A stretch of 61,783 nucleotides of DNA, counting the filler, from Choristocarpus tenellus KU-1152 (lineage: Eukaryota > Protista > Phaeophyceae), in the NCBI GenBank assembly GCA_964200185.2. It is 6 parts of 6 records of this genome, joined end to end, with 100 filler letters (N's around TTAATTAATTAA, not from the genome) between each part and the next. Parts side by side here need not be neighbours in the genome. Positions count along the whole stretch, not along the records: positions 25,581 to 47,818 come from CAXNAD020000294.1; 5 more parts are not named here. One strand, 5' to 3'. A program made the position numbers and the translations under genes. How positions within the stretch are numbered: the first letter of the stretch is position 1; each line of letters starts with the position of its first letter. Below are positions 27,496 through 40,845 of the stretch, piece after piece. The notes beneath the pieces are model-generated. The model worked only from the letters and a program-made list of their open reading frames with translations. It made no database searches and had not been told where the DNA came from.

Positions 27496-28914
27496 TGAAA
27501 TAAAATCTGTCCTTGATCGGGTTTGAACTTGAACACACCTTCGACCAAACCTACTGTAGCTTGAAGAACTCTTTTTCTACTATCCTCTTTCTCCATCCCC
27601 AGAAACACCATCTACTCTACTTCGAAGTACTGAGTATCTGGGCCACACTGCCCTTGTTTTGCTCAAGGAAGGGGCTCATCATCACAAGCCGAATATATCG
27701 AGACATAAAAATATCATCATGACTGGCAACAAATTAACCAAGGAATGGGAAATGTTAACCAAGAACTCATGGTAAACGACCACCTGACATCCTCGTACAA
27801 AGGACTAAATAACAGCAACACCAAAAATTATTATCTGTCAGTATCTCCAAGAAAATGCACGATATATACACATGGAGAACAAATTTGGGGGTGCATCAAC
27901 CACTTTAGTGGTAGCATCCATCCATTAGCTGACCTATTTACATACAAGGCAATGTCGCAACATAGTGCCATATATATAATTAGACAACATACACTTTGCT
28001 AATCGAAACCAAACTATTTATATCGCGCAAGAGCCACCTTTTGGGAGTAGGGTGGGAGCATCTTATGCGCGTAACTGTAGCAACCCCCCAAAAATTGCTC
28101 TCACTGCCCGAATAGGTGTGGCCTTTGTGACACCCTAAATCGCACGGCTCTGAGGTGCAATTACAATAATAACTTTGAAAATCTCAAGGGAGAAACAATC
28201 TTCTGGCAAAAAAAAGCATGATTTCATCTTTTTTTTTCTGCTTCATGCTGTGTAATAGGAGAAACTACAGACAGGCGTAAGAAAAGGCAGTTGGTACTGT
28301 GATAGTTACAGATATCCAACGCTTTGTGTGTAGCAACAGGTACAAATATCTTACTATGCGCAATAGAGGATACAGAATCCAAGGGATGTCCTGGACTTGT
28401 GTGGGATACTTCATGGAGTGAATGTGTCCTGAGCATCGTTGTGGACAATGTGCACTATAGAGGCAATGACCTTCAAGATACGTCCTGTACAATGTACATA
28501 CTATTCAGAGAGAAAGAGAGAGAGAAAGTAACGGCCTCTGAGTGTTATCTTGACCTATACAACATATGCTGTAGAGGAAAGAGGCTCCAAGTGTTATCCT
28601 GGACAGCACACATTTAGACAAGTTGGTTTCATGTGTTACTGGGAAATCCAAGCATTGAGCAGTTCATTGAGGTGTGGATATTGTCATGAAATAGTGGAAC
28701 AGTTACTGCAGCACAATAGCACAACCCAGCAGAGGGTGGAGGGAACCATACCCTATGAAACCTACAACTAATTGAACGTCAAAAGTCATATATATACACT
28801 AAAAACGCCATACATCCAAGCCATCGCTTCAAGCACCAAAGAGTCGAACATGACAATGCCTGACAGGTAGTTGGGGGTGTGCATAGGTAGCACAAAGAAA
28901 TTATTTCAATGCAA

Positions 28915-31900
28915 TCAGCTGCCGAAGATTACTGTCTTGTTCCCATCCACTAGCACTGCATCTGAGAGGTGCCAGCGCACCGCCCTGGCGAGGACAATCC
29001 TCTCTAGGTCCCTTCCCTTGCGGATCATGTCTTCAACAGAGTCGTTGTGGCTAATGCGGGTCACACCCTAGAGAGGGCAGGAAGGAGGTGAAAGGTCGGT
29101 GAAGACATAATACGAGATCTACACACTGACCATAACAAAAACAATGAGGACAAGGGACCGAAATAAAAATAAGAATAAAAATTGGATCAATAAAAAATTA
29201 TCTATGCCATGTTCACAGCCCATAGAAAACATTGGCCCTACAACCTCGCCCAAATCCTAACCCTCAATCACGACAGTAGTATTTTAATATTTTCTCAGTA
29301 TTATTTCTAGTGATGATTATTGGAGATAAGTGATCCACTGAGGATGTGCTTGGAAGAAAGGGCATTTGTGTGCGGTTTGAACTGTGTGAACTTGTTGCAT
29401 TAGGATAAGGTCAAGCATGCAAACGTGACATGAGTTGCTAGCCAAGGTCTCTGCTAGTAATTGAACTTGGAATAATGATAGTATATTTGTTATACACTAC
29501 TTACAATGAGAAGGGCCTATAATTAGTGAAAGTATACCAGCTCTTATGCGGAGTATCATATGTCCCGACAATGAACATTGTACTTCTTAATAATGTGTTG
29601 ATGAGTCTTAAAGGATCAAAGAGTAGAAGGAACAATTTGTTGTAAACCACTATATATTAGGCAACACACCGCTGATATACCAAGCAGTATCAGTGTCATG
29701 CCTAAGTCACACTATGAGTCAGATGTCACCAACACACCAGGCACACAGAATAACATACTCTAGGGTACAAGGATAGACTCACCTTACAATGAGCATTCAA
29801 TATGTCAACAACCTGATAAGTGATAATGGTTAGCTTCATCTTTATCTACTATAGGTCATAGTGTCATCAGCCCATCCCCAAATCCAGTACACTGTCGTAT
29901 CCCCATACCTGCTCAATTATGGGCCCAGCATCTAGATCAGTAGTTGCGTAGTGTGCTGTAGCACCGATGATCTTCACACCCCTCACATGTGCCTTGTGGT
30001 AGGGTTTAGCACCCATGAAGGCTGGCAAAAAGCTACACCAACAATGTTAGGTGGTGTAAAAGGAGGTTAGTGTAAAAGACAGGTAATATCTTAATTGCAT
30101 AAAGTCATGATTACCCTTGGTTAGTCTACACAATTTATAACATATCCACAAATAACTGTAATAATAACAATATAATCCTTCGAAGTACAGGTACTATTTG
30201 TTGATATCACATATTTCAAATGAATGCTCTGTGTACCCGGCAAAAGATAGTCAGCCCTTATGAGACCAGAACTAAGGGTACTATAGATGTTAGCTAGTAC
30301 ATTTTCAATGAGATGCATCCCAAAGAAGGAATTTAAATCGCCCCACAGCACACTCTTGTCAAGATTGGTGTTTGAATACTTGTGCGATTACTGGATTGTC
30401 ATTTTGTGGTTGCAATATATAGGATATGACTCACAGAGGCATCCACATCAATTGCCTAATATTTTTGGGGGGTTAGGGTTGTCTAGATGTGATGGACGGA
30501 TGAGGTGAGTCTCTCCTACCCACCTCTTTCACTCTCTTCTCGCGGATGTTTGGATAAGGTGGGTGTACATACTACTACTGAGATATGGAGGTTGATCCAG
30601 GACATATCATTTCACTTTGATATGCAAATTAGCACATATTGAGTGTACTGGAGCTAGCGGCATCATAGACAATTTTCTAGGGGATTTGTTATGTTATAGG
30701 AGGAAGCAAAGAGTCAAGTGAAATGGCATCGGCTCAGGTGAGCTTAGACAACAGTAAGGGGCTATAGAGCAAGGTAGGTGGTAGGAACGAAGGTAAAGGT
30801 GCAGTAAAACTCAAAAACCAACCGATACTACTTCAAAGTGCCTTGTAGTGTTCAGGTGGGATGATGACAGACCATATTTCTACATTTTTGCCAAAAGGAT
30901 GAAGGTGTCAGCAGCCAACAGGGGAATGATCGCAAGGCTCAACAACAAGGCAATCACTAATGATTCTCGGTCGTGACTTCGATCATTCAAGGTACTCTCT
31001 CCTGGAGATTCGTTAGGCATTTATGGCAACGTCAGCTTAACAGCTGTAGCCCAATGGGACAGCACACACGATCACGGGGAGTCCCATCTCTTGTAGCAAC
31101 AAATGGGAGGCAATTCATATGCACTTCGCCCCAAAAAGGATCAAAGGAGAATACTCCCCTTAGCCCCAAACTCTTAAAATAAGGATAAATCTGTGGGAGG
31201 ACCCAGCACAAATAATCATCCACACCAATAGGTCGACCTTGGACGTGGATACCTGGTGGGACTCTGCCTGAGGACACCCGGATACTTCTCCTTTAGGAGG
31301 TGCTAGGTGAAGGATATCTCCAGCACATGGTGAGGGTAAATTGTAATGACAGAGAGGCATGTTTGGAGCTGGAAAGCATTGTGTGTGAGACATAGAGCCT
31401 GACCAACTCTTAATAACAAGTGGAAGATGGATACGTAAGTTCTAATGCAGGGGCATTGGCAGTTGCAGGACTGAATCCCGACTGGACCCCTTTCCCAACT
31501 CCCTCTGGAGGGAGGATAAACATATAAAATGTTTGCAGGTGTCTGGGGTACAGGCTCAACGGAAAATGTGAAGATTGAGATGGACCACTCGTGGAGAGCA
31601 CACAATTAGGGGGGTGGCGGCTAACAGATAAGGCTGGGAGGGTTCCCAGCATCTGATTTGGAAAAACATTGAGATATCACTCTTCCACTGGGGCGGACAG
31701 TGGCGCCAATTGTCTGCCCGAGTGGAAGAGTGATATCTCAATGTTTGAAAAAATCAACCACAGTAAGTGGTCTCAACACACAAGTAGCCCTATGAAATAT
31801 AAGACATGCGCAAGATGAGTCAAACTGGCTAGTAAACATTTAGCACCTGAAAACAGTACAACCACAAACTGTGATACTCTCCCAATATCAAACAAAGCTC

Positions 31901-34900
31901 AGAGCGGTGTCCTTCGTTCCTCTGTAAGACCATGGTGTCACAATTGATAAGTTACTACTGTATAGTATCTTATTAATACTCATTTTTACCAACATCATCT
32001 AGTACTTGCAAATCTATAAAAGGTTCCCAGAGCATACCAATAAACAACAAATCTGCTAACTGCATTCCAAGCTTAGCATAATGCAACCAATTGTACCATA
32101 CCAGCACCTATATATTGCACATACTCACAAGTGTTTATTTATTAAGTACTTACACAGATTTTCAGGGGGGGGAAGGGGGGAAGTATCTACGAAGCAACAT
32201 GCATTTTTTTTTTTCAGGAATGCAGCTGCTCTATGAAACAATGTTGGCAGAGAGTCCTCACCTATGATGGATGTTTATAGTGTGGGTCCAGTGCTTTTCA
32301 CAGAAATCTTTGGTGAGAATTTGCATGTACCGTGCTAACACAATCACATCAATGCCAAGCTCATCCAGCACGGCCTCCACCTGGCAAGGCAAAAAAAAAT
32401 GCAATGGTGGATAGGGCATCATAGGAGAGGGGAAGAGGATGGGGGATGGCTAACAAATGACCAGGATTCACTGAGGATCGAAGCAGTAATATGTAAGTAG
32501 AGGGGTGTTGGGCTAGTATTTGGCTTTGTTCCACCATATAAACACTGAACCTACATAGATGCGGTCTACCCATTTCTAACATTGTCTTTCTTATATACAG
32601 ATGATTATGAATTTACACTTATCACCTTATCATAAAGCACATATTTGAACACAGATCTCAACCATGAGCACACCCTCTCAAATTCTCTGACAAGGCAATG
32701 ATTATAAAACAAGAATATTCATCTCCTTGGCTACTATTTGTGGGTTTCTTGTGCAAGGCAACTCAACCAAAACAAGAGCTAGTCCCAAAGTCTTACACCT
32801 TCGACAGGGGCCCTCACCAACTGGAGGGTGGCGGAGGCAGGGTGTATTTGCCTCACTTTGCTTGGACAAAGTGAGCACAAAGTACAGAGCAGAACCATAT
32901 GTCGCACTTATGTACCTACCAACCGATTCCCAACCAGCAAACGCAGGTGGTATACACCTCTCTACAAATTACAGATACAATAAACAATACACCGCTTGAA
33001 ATAGGAACACCAGTTCACAGTAATAGTATTTTAGAGGGTACATGTTTTGCCTTGTTTGTCCATTTGGGGATTGACTTCCCACTGGTTTTTTATGACATTT
33101 TCCTACTCCAAAATATTTTGGAGTAGGTAAAGTGTATGCGTTTTGGAGGAGGTATCATGTATATGTCCAGAACAAGGATATTAACAGTTCCTAACAAATG
33201 CAATAGCCAAAATTACATCAAAATCGCAGCATTGGATTTTGGCCCCCAAATGGACACGGCTCTATCCTCTAAGATACTTTGACTCTTCATCAAAGTCACA
33301 TAATATCACAAAAGAAAGTGTACAATAGAACGAACACAGTTTCATGTTGTCCTGTACACACAAAATTAATACACTGGGGAAGAAGTCTTTGTGCTGTCTA
33401 AACAGAACAATAATATCAAAGATATGAACCAAAGATACTACTCCACAAGTTACTATTATTCTGTTGCCAAATAGCATATACTACATACAATAGTATATAG
33501 ACCTCTATCAAGTGCACAAAAAAAACGGTCTATTCTATTCTAGCATAATTTTGAAGATGACTCTGATATTCTAGACAAGGTATCAAACATGCACATAGAG
33601 ACACACAGAGTCAGATGGTGACACCACAAGTATGCGGGATTCGAGGGTGAAATCCAGGGTTATCACACCTGCCAGGTGGACTCCGTTGTTTGGGTGAAGG
33701 TTTATAACACAGTCACAGGACTTACAAGAAGTAGGTGTCAAAACATAAATCAACAACCCAATTGTACAACAGCATACCAGAAAGGGTCAGGGCACACCAC
33801 AATATGCTGGCAGTGATAGCACAAGCTCACACTCAAGCAGCCCTTGTCATGCATGGTATGAACATGCTGAGCGCCTGGATGTATTGAGAGCATGTGCAAT
33901 AGCACATAATACACTATATTCCAAACAACCTGACCTCCTCCTTGCAGAGGGGATCAATGGCCCTTTGAAAGGGTAATGCCTCACTCAACAATGTTATCCA
34001 CATCCTCCGTAAGTTAAGAATTGAATTTGTTGCACAGATGGGTCAGACTGTCTTAACTCAATGTAAAGCCATTTTAAGAAGGGAAGAAAGCTATCTAAAG
34101 AAAGGGTACGCACTTGCACAGTAGTTCTATTAATACATGTATAGTACTACAGGACAAAATACAACAGTCATACTATTGACAGAGGTATTCATGGTTGCAT
34201 TATTAATATAAGATTCCAAGAGTGTCCAAAAAACATATCTTTTTGTACGTTACGAGAAGAGCCTTCACTCAGTTGTAGTGGACATTTTCTTGTCAGTCTC
34301 TCTTCTCCAGTGACACTTCTTCAGTGACACCTTCATCTTGGGGTGCTTACCATGTGCACGTAAAACATGTAAATAGTGCGTATTGCACAGGGGTTAAACA
34401 AAACCAAAACATGTTTACCTCTCAGTTAGATGAACCTCAGAACAAAGGCAATCAACCCTAAGGACTACTCAATCACTACAACCAAGACAGAGCTCATAAT
34501 GCACCCCTGCCACTCCACAAATAAGCCATCAATAATGGCGTCTTCTGTGTGCATTTATCTTTGTTTGAGAAATCAAAAGTGTCCCAATGCTTCTGAGCTC
34601 ATTGTATGTTATGCTCGTTGTTGAGCCCCCTGTCTTAGTAGGCCATGCAGAAATAGAATCGGCATGTAGTGCATCAACAAGGAATCAAATCCAGTCCACA
34701 TGAATAGCATCACTATATCTCATCTCTCAGGTACTTGCTATGTTTGCCTTTGGTAGATCTATTCCACTACTACTGTGCTTGCGTGACCTTCTAACTACCT
34801 GAGAACTACCTAGAACTACCTACAAGTGTTCTGCCCTCCCCAGTTCCTTTCTCTCTGTGCCTTATCTCAACTAGACAAGTCCAATCTATTTTATCTCAGT

Positions 34901-37900
34901 TCCAATCTCCACCTTCAGGCCTCATGCTCTGAACTTCCTCTCTCTACTTTTAAGGTTTGAAAAGAAACAACCCAAGTTCAACAAGCAAGCACAACATTAA
35001 ATGCCTGTATGTCATGCCCGTACTGATAAACCTCCATGCAGACAGAAATAGACGCATCACACAGATACTCCAACTTAGAGAGTATTTCGTACTGCCAATA
35101 AAATTTTACCTCCTCTGCCGCCCCCAAAGATTCTTGTGAGTGTGCCTCTCAATTGAGAATCGAGCATGAAGTCATGCCAATGTCAAAAAATAATATATTA
35201 AGGCATTAAGGCTAGGGCTAGGGAAGTTAGGGGGTAAATAAACCCACTCCCGTAACACAGCCTGTTCGTAGCTACTGAAGTATATGGTCTTAGTTACAAC
35301 AGGTTATTTTACCACATATGCTACAAAATCACTACAAAATCCATTTTTTTAAATCAACCCAATGTCATAGGCATTCTCAACACCCTCTCAACACAAATAA
35401 AAAATAACTATAGTTTCAAACAAGCCTCTCACCTCAAAGCTGCCAAAAATTAGACTCATCGCTGGTTAGTGACACACACATAACACACACATAACACACA
35501 CGTAACACACGTAACACAAACACACACACACACACACACACACACTCAGGTCACAGTAGTGTTTGCATCATGAGGACAAGGAATCTCACCTGTACCTCCT
35601 GTGCCCTCTTACCACCCTCAGCAGCAGAGGGGATAGGAAGGTGCCGGAATGGTATTCCAAACATGTCTGCAACAGATCTGTACGAGCAGTAAGCAAGCAA
35701 AGGATCCAGTGTTGTGAATCCTTATCACATTGCCATTGAATCTCTACGATTCTATTGAAATATGGGACATCAAATACAAGGACTGAATTCAATATTGGCT
35801 ACTTTGTCCCAGGGATGTACTGTGTGTTCCACCAAAACTTTCTCATGTCCATGAGGCCAATTGGTGCTTTGAATACATTTCAATTTCAACCAAACTATGC
35901 AGGACTCTTTTGAACTGATAGAAATAAAACTCGTCTAAGCCTCTCGATTGATAACACTAAATGAATAAAAAAGAGTCGAAGATTGCTTAGGAGCAAACAT
36001 ACATACACCAGGTGAGGAGTATCATTAACATGTCACACAGCAGGATATACTGTACAAAGCTAAGTAACAGAGACTTCTTAAGTTGGCGACCATGAAGAGG
36101 GAATCACGAGCAATAATAGATACAAACTGGAGCAGCTCATTCATGGCGAGGGTGTACTACCATGGATGACACAAGGGGGATGGGGAAGTGCAGAAAAGAA
36201 AGTCAGGAAAGAGGGGTGAAGATTGGTGGATAGGATGAAAAGGGAGCTTGCATCCAAATGGGCTACATGATATGCTTTGGAGCAAACGGGGAGGAAGACT
36301 AAGACTTAGGGCAGTGAATAGGGCAATTGTAGGTAAAAACCAGGGTGGGGGGGAAGTCATGAGGGATATATTGAAGAGGTTGAAGGGGTGTGACACAGAT
36401 TAGGGTCTTGGAGGGTATCTACAGGTTTCATCAAAACTTTGTGAAATGAGTTCCTAAGGGATAGGAGATATTAACGGAAAGGAGGAGATTAGCAATGCAG
36501 AGACTATTGCAAAGGAAGAAAGAGCATTCTACAAACCAAACAGGTACACAGTGCACTCCAGACTACACAATGACATTGCTCTATACATAAAGGAACAAGT
36601 GAGGCCGGAACACTATACTAGATAGATCAGTGTTACGGGTATCAATAGGAAACTTGGATACACTGAAGAATACCTTCTTTTGGGTCAACAGTAGTATCAA
36701 TAATGGCAAGAAGTAGCTCTCAATTGCTGTGGGAAAGTATGTACAGTTCGTACCACTATGCACACACACTGCTTTCTACCTTCACATCAAAGAAGTCATA
36801 TAGTTGGTTTGTACACATCCAAAGCCTTTCCTGCTACTCCTCTTTGCTTGCCTGAGCTTTTCATGATTGCTAATAATGGTTGCCAACTCACACTCTAGCT
36901 CTCCACTTCGGTGCCGGATCAACAGGTCATACAAGCTCAACAATACAGAGGGAAATGCATAGAGAGGTGGCGAGGAGAGGGGAACTTAAGAGTTCAGGGC
37001 AAAAAATAGAGAGGAGCAGTTGACCGCGTACAGAGCAGTAGAGGGATTGAGGGAAGAAGTCATCATTACGTTATATTCAAATGTTTGATTCAGCTCCAAT
37101 TGGAATCAGTCATGCCCACTATATTAACTAAATGTGGAAGATATTTTTCTATCATCTGTTTACTATTTGAATACAAGCTATGCCACACCACTCCCCTCCT
37201 ATGCCTTCAACCCAGTTTGACCCTACACCACAGGTTAAGGAGCTAGGGAAGCGTCCCAAGAATCTGAGAGGCCCCTCCTTGCCCATTTCCCTGGTGTCTC
37301 CAAGTAAAAACGCATGATACTTCTTGATAGAACCATTTGTGTTGAGGCTCGAAGTATCTGGGGGGGGTGGCGGCTGTCCATTTGGAGCCAATTTTTTTAT
37401 GTCGCGATTTTTGGGTGATTTGGTTCCATACGTGGGATGGATAATGAAAGCGCACTTTTCCTGGTTTTGTCCAAATGGATGCTCTGGTGTACATTTTTAA
37501 CAAGTAACAATAAAGTGGGAACCAAAACTGTCCAAGCATTCCCCATGCACAGTAAAACAGCATGTACCCCCCTTAAACATGTATCCGGCACTCTAGAACA
37601 GTCTAATGACATAGTCCGATGATATGGCACATCAAAACTCTTGTATGAAGGCCCTTGTACTCCTGCAAATCAGTTCTCAAGGGGAAAGTCAAGCAGAATA
37701 GTAACTTTGAGTAACAACAGTCCTAACAAATGATGGCATAGTAGTACGTCTCCACGCCATATACGAGCAGGGGGTCGTTTTCTTCGTCAATTTGTGCACT
37801 ATAGCAATGGGACTAACAACATGATACGGTTAATCCATCAGCAAATAATCAAAACGAATAAAAAAACCTAGTGAATTCAATCAAATCCCAAGTCAACATT

Positions 37901-40411
37901 TCTCTCTATGATTGCTTCAATTGTTATTAATTAAAGAGGCTGAAAGCATTTCCCAACCTCATCAACAAAACTAATGTAGCAACAGCGGTTTTCTCACAAC
38001 TACATGCCACACTCACCAGTGATCGTCCTTAGTGACGAGGATCGCTACCTTCTTGAGTCTGCCAGTGTAGGCTATGCTCCACTCCATGTGGTACCTTTTT
38101 GCCATCTGTAATATTCAGAAAAACAGTTCGGGTTAGGGCTCGAACTTAAAATTTGCAGTTTGAATCAAGCAAAACACTCAGTGTAAATGAGTCAACTGTG
38201 GGGCAATAGAGAAGCAAGAGTGGGAGGGCTCTGCACAACAATACATTGTTTTCATTTTGACTGTCTCGTTGATAGGAACTACATTCTTTCTTTCTAACTC
38301 CGTCAGATTTTGATTGATCAATTAAACTTGACTGTATGTATCATTCATCGAACATAGTTTGAGTCTTGTCTACTGTAATTTATTTGTGCAAGCAAATAAA
38401 ACTGTACCGTAATTTGAACAGCATTTCATCATTAGGCAAGATGGTCAGATATCATATGCTCCACTCAGTACTTCAACTACCACCTACACACTACTTTTTG
38501 AAAGCTACTATACTTGTACCGATCCACACTGCTGAACGAATCTCTCTCTCTCTCTCTCTCAGGTGCGGGGAAAACAGCAACTTGGAAGTGGATAATCTGA
38601 GGTGCAGCCTAGCATGGCGACCACTCCAGAGGAAACGAGAGCATAGACAAGAACTCAAAGGAACCATATGCAGTTCTTAACATAAGACACAACTCAAGAA
38701 CAGAAAGAGAGTGGGGAGAAGACATCTCAAGGTCTCACTATCCGGAGAAACTCCTATCTTGAATCAGGTCAGTTCACGTGTCTAACGTGACTGGATAAAT
38801 GATCTGAAGTGTTAACGGTACACCACACAGAGGATCAAGCCGCAGATACACCCCATCTATTCTACAATCTATTCCTCTTAGAGAGGTTGACGTTGTCCCT
38901 GCCTCATTATGCTTTGCTATCTCCGCTTCAACTTCAGCCTCACCTCACCGAGAGCAGTTTCCAGCACCGACGTATTTCGTTGACCCACAATCATCAAGGA
39001 GCTACACCACGGAAAACGGGAATGAAGATTGCGCAGGTAAAGGTAACAAGTTGACAGGTGCACGACGGGGGCGTAGAAGAGTGAGGAATATTGTATGGAC
39101 AGGTTCTTCTCTTCAAACTCTCGTACGGGCTACTGGCAAGTCCATAACATATCATGTGGGGTGTTTCAAGCCTTGCAGTAAACGAGCACATCTCAAAGTT
39201 TATGGTACTGACTGGTCAAGTGAGGGAACTGAGACTGAGGAAATGGGGTTCACTAATCCATCTGATCATACAGTCACGTTCCGACCATCACATCAGATCC
39301 AAACATCCAGGAAAATCGAGTCCCGAAATACAGGGAACGTGTAAGGAGTACAGATTGGGTGGGTAGTCCTCACTAGTCCACTTTAAGTCGCTGGAAGTAG
39401 ATGCCTGTAGAACGGTCTGTATACTGGTCAGTCTCAAGAATGTTGACACCATGCCCATGGAGAAGCTGCGCCACAGCGGCAACCTGTGGAGAGGGGAGAG
39501 AGAGATGAAAACATAGGATGGGGATCAAGGTTCAATTGGGTCTATTCGTGTATCCGTTCGAAAACACGAAGATGAGTACAAGGCGAAGATTCGAAGAAGG
39601 GGGGGAGGCCCCTAGGACGTGCACATCGATCTGGATAAGCTTACGAACACAGACACTATCACTTAACAGATATGTTCAAGAACGTCTAGTGGACAGGAGT
39701 GGGATTGAACTACGAAAAATTCACGCCTCACCACTCCAGTCTGATCTGGGCACTTGATCCTAATGTTGGCTGTCATGGGTTGGGGTGGGGAGGGAGGGTC
39801 TCCATCCCCTTCCACTTCCTGGACCATTTTGAAGGTGGGATCACCTAAGCTCATTGTTTCAGTACTTGTCTTCAGGAAGTTGACCCAACCCAAACCCTCT
39901 GTACTACACCTTGAGTCGTTCTGAATGAAAGTGGAGAGGGAATAGGATTTAAATAACGTTTACTGGCTATGATTGATTGTTGACCTTCAACTTTCAAGTT
40001 GGTGGAAATGGAGGATATTGTACTATTATTAAAAATACGGTTGTTAAATATTTCTAATTTATTATATATTCCACTATGTACATTGAACCAATACAAACGT
40101 ATTAGTATTGGTCAGAGACAGTGAAGGGGTAGGTTGACAGTCGCCTCCTCCATCAACTTCGTCGCGCGATAATTTTTGATCAACAACAATATTTTTCATG
40201 AAAATTAGTTGTTGTAATCGCATCAGCATGGTTAACCTTATTGGATGGGTCTCAGTTGGTCAACTTACATTAATCGTGAGAAATACAGGACCATACTTAA
40301 ATCAAGTAGTCCGCGCGCACGGTTTGCACCGGGGGTTACCACGTGGCGCGCGTGAACCGCGCATTTAACTATGATTTTGACCCCTGAAGAGGTCATCTTA
40401 ACAGAGAACAT
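28915..40411 (-). CDS. purU: Formyltetrahydrofolate deformylase, ~379 aa, 10 exons: 40411-40269, 39903-39732, 39483-39374, 39001-38944, 38105-38017, 36935-36852, 35677-35590, 32380-32262, 30032-29909, 29067-28915
   Basis: All junction phases are consistent. ACT domain [30 protein letters not shown]; [30 protein letters not shown]; VLARYMQIL; [47 protein letters not shown]; [16 protein letters not shown]...GNKTVIF. These are hallmark PurU motifs. Exon 1 and the start codon are less certain (alternative start MSLGD in exon 2). Confidence 0.95.
31664..31746 (-). ncRNA. Near-perfect 83-nt hairpin in a purU intron; candidate pre-miRNA
   Basis: 26-bp perfect arms (aaacattgagatatcactcttccact 31664-31689 / agtggaagagtgatatctcaatgttt 31721-31746) plus an inner gggcggaca/tgtctgccc stem. 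The hairpin is certain; miRNA function is inference. Confidence 0.45.
33018..33285 (-). mobile_element. Full-length MITE copy in a purU intron
   Basis: Ends agtattttagagggta / tatcctctaagatactttgactc; internal hairpin cctactccaaaatattttggagtagg; collinear with 56519-56776 in reverse. Confidence 0.85.
35474..35545 (+). repeat. (CA)n compound microsatellite
   Basis: acacacacataacacacacataacacacacgtaacac...(ca)n. Confidence 0.9.
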
Positions 40412-40845
40412 GGGCGTTGTTGTTTCGGAAAAATATGTTTGGTCGTGATGATTCATTCCAGAACATCTCCACTGTTGTGCCGAAACTATCGGTAAAAATT
40501 TAACCTTACCAAAAAAATCCGAAAAATTCCTTTGCACTAGATATATCCTAGATTCAGAGCTTTAATTTGATACGCTCATTGTTGCGCAACCCATTTAAAA
40601 AAAAAACATTGGTCTCATCCTACAAGCGACTGCCAACTCTATCTTTTGGTTACGTGTCTTATTGAAACTGAGTGGTACAGAATATTGTGAAGAACAATTG
40701 TATTGAGAAAAAATCTCTTAAGATTAACTCGCATGGATGGTGCTTTGAATTTCATGGGAATTTAGTATATATGAGGCTAAAACACAACGTTAATAATTTA
40801 ATATACAGGTTAGTTAGGTAATGTATGCATTATATTATTATGCCC

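Noticed and set aside
219-40411. pebB, XPF and purU as a light/UV/photorespiration gene cluster
   Set aside because: They are on different contigs joined by spacers, and XPF does not continue across either flanking gap, so neighbourhood is unsupported.
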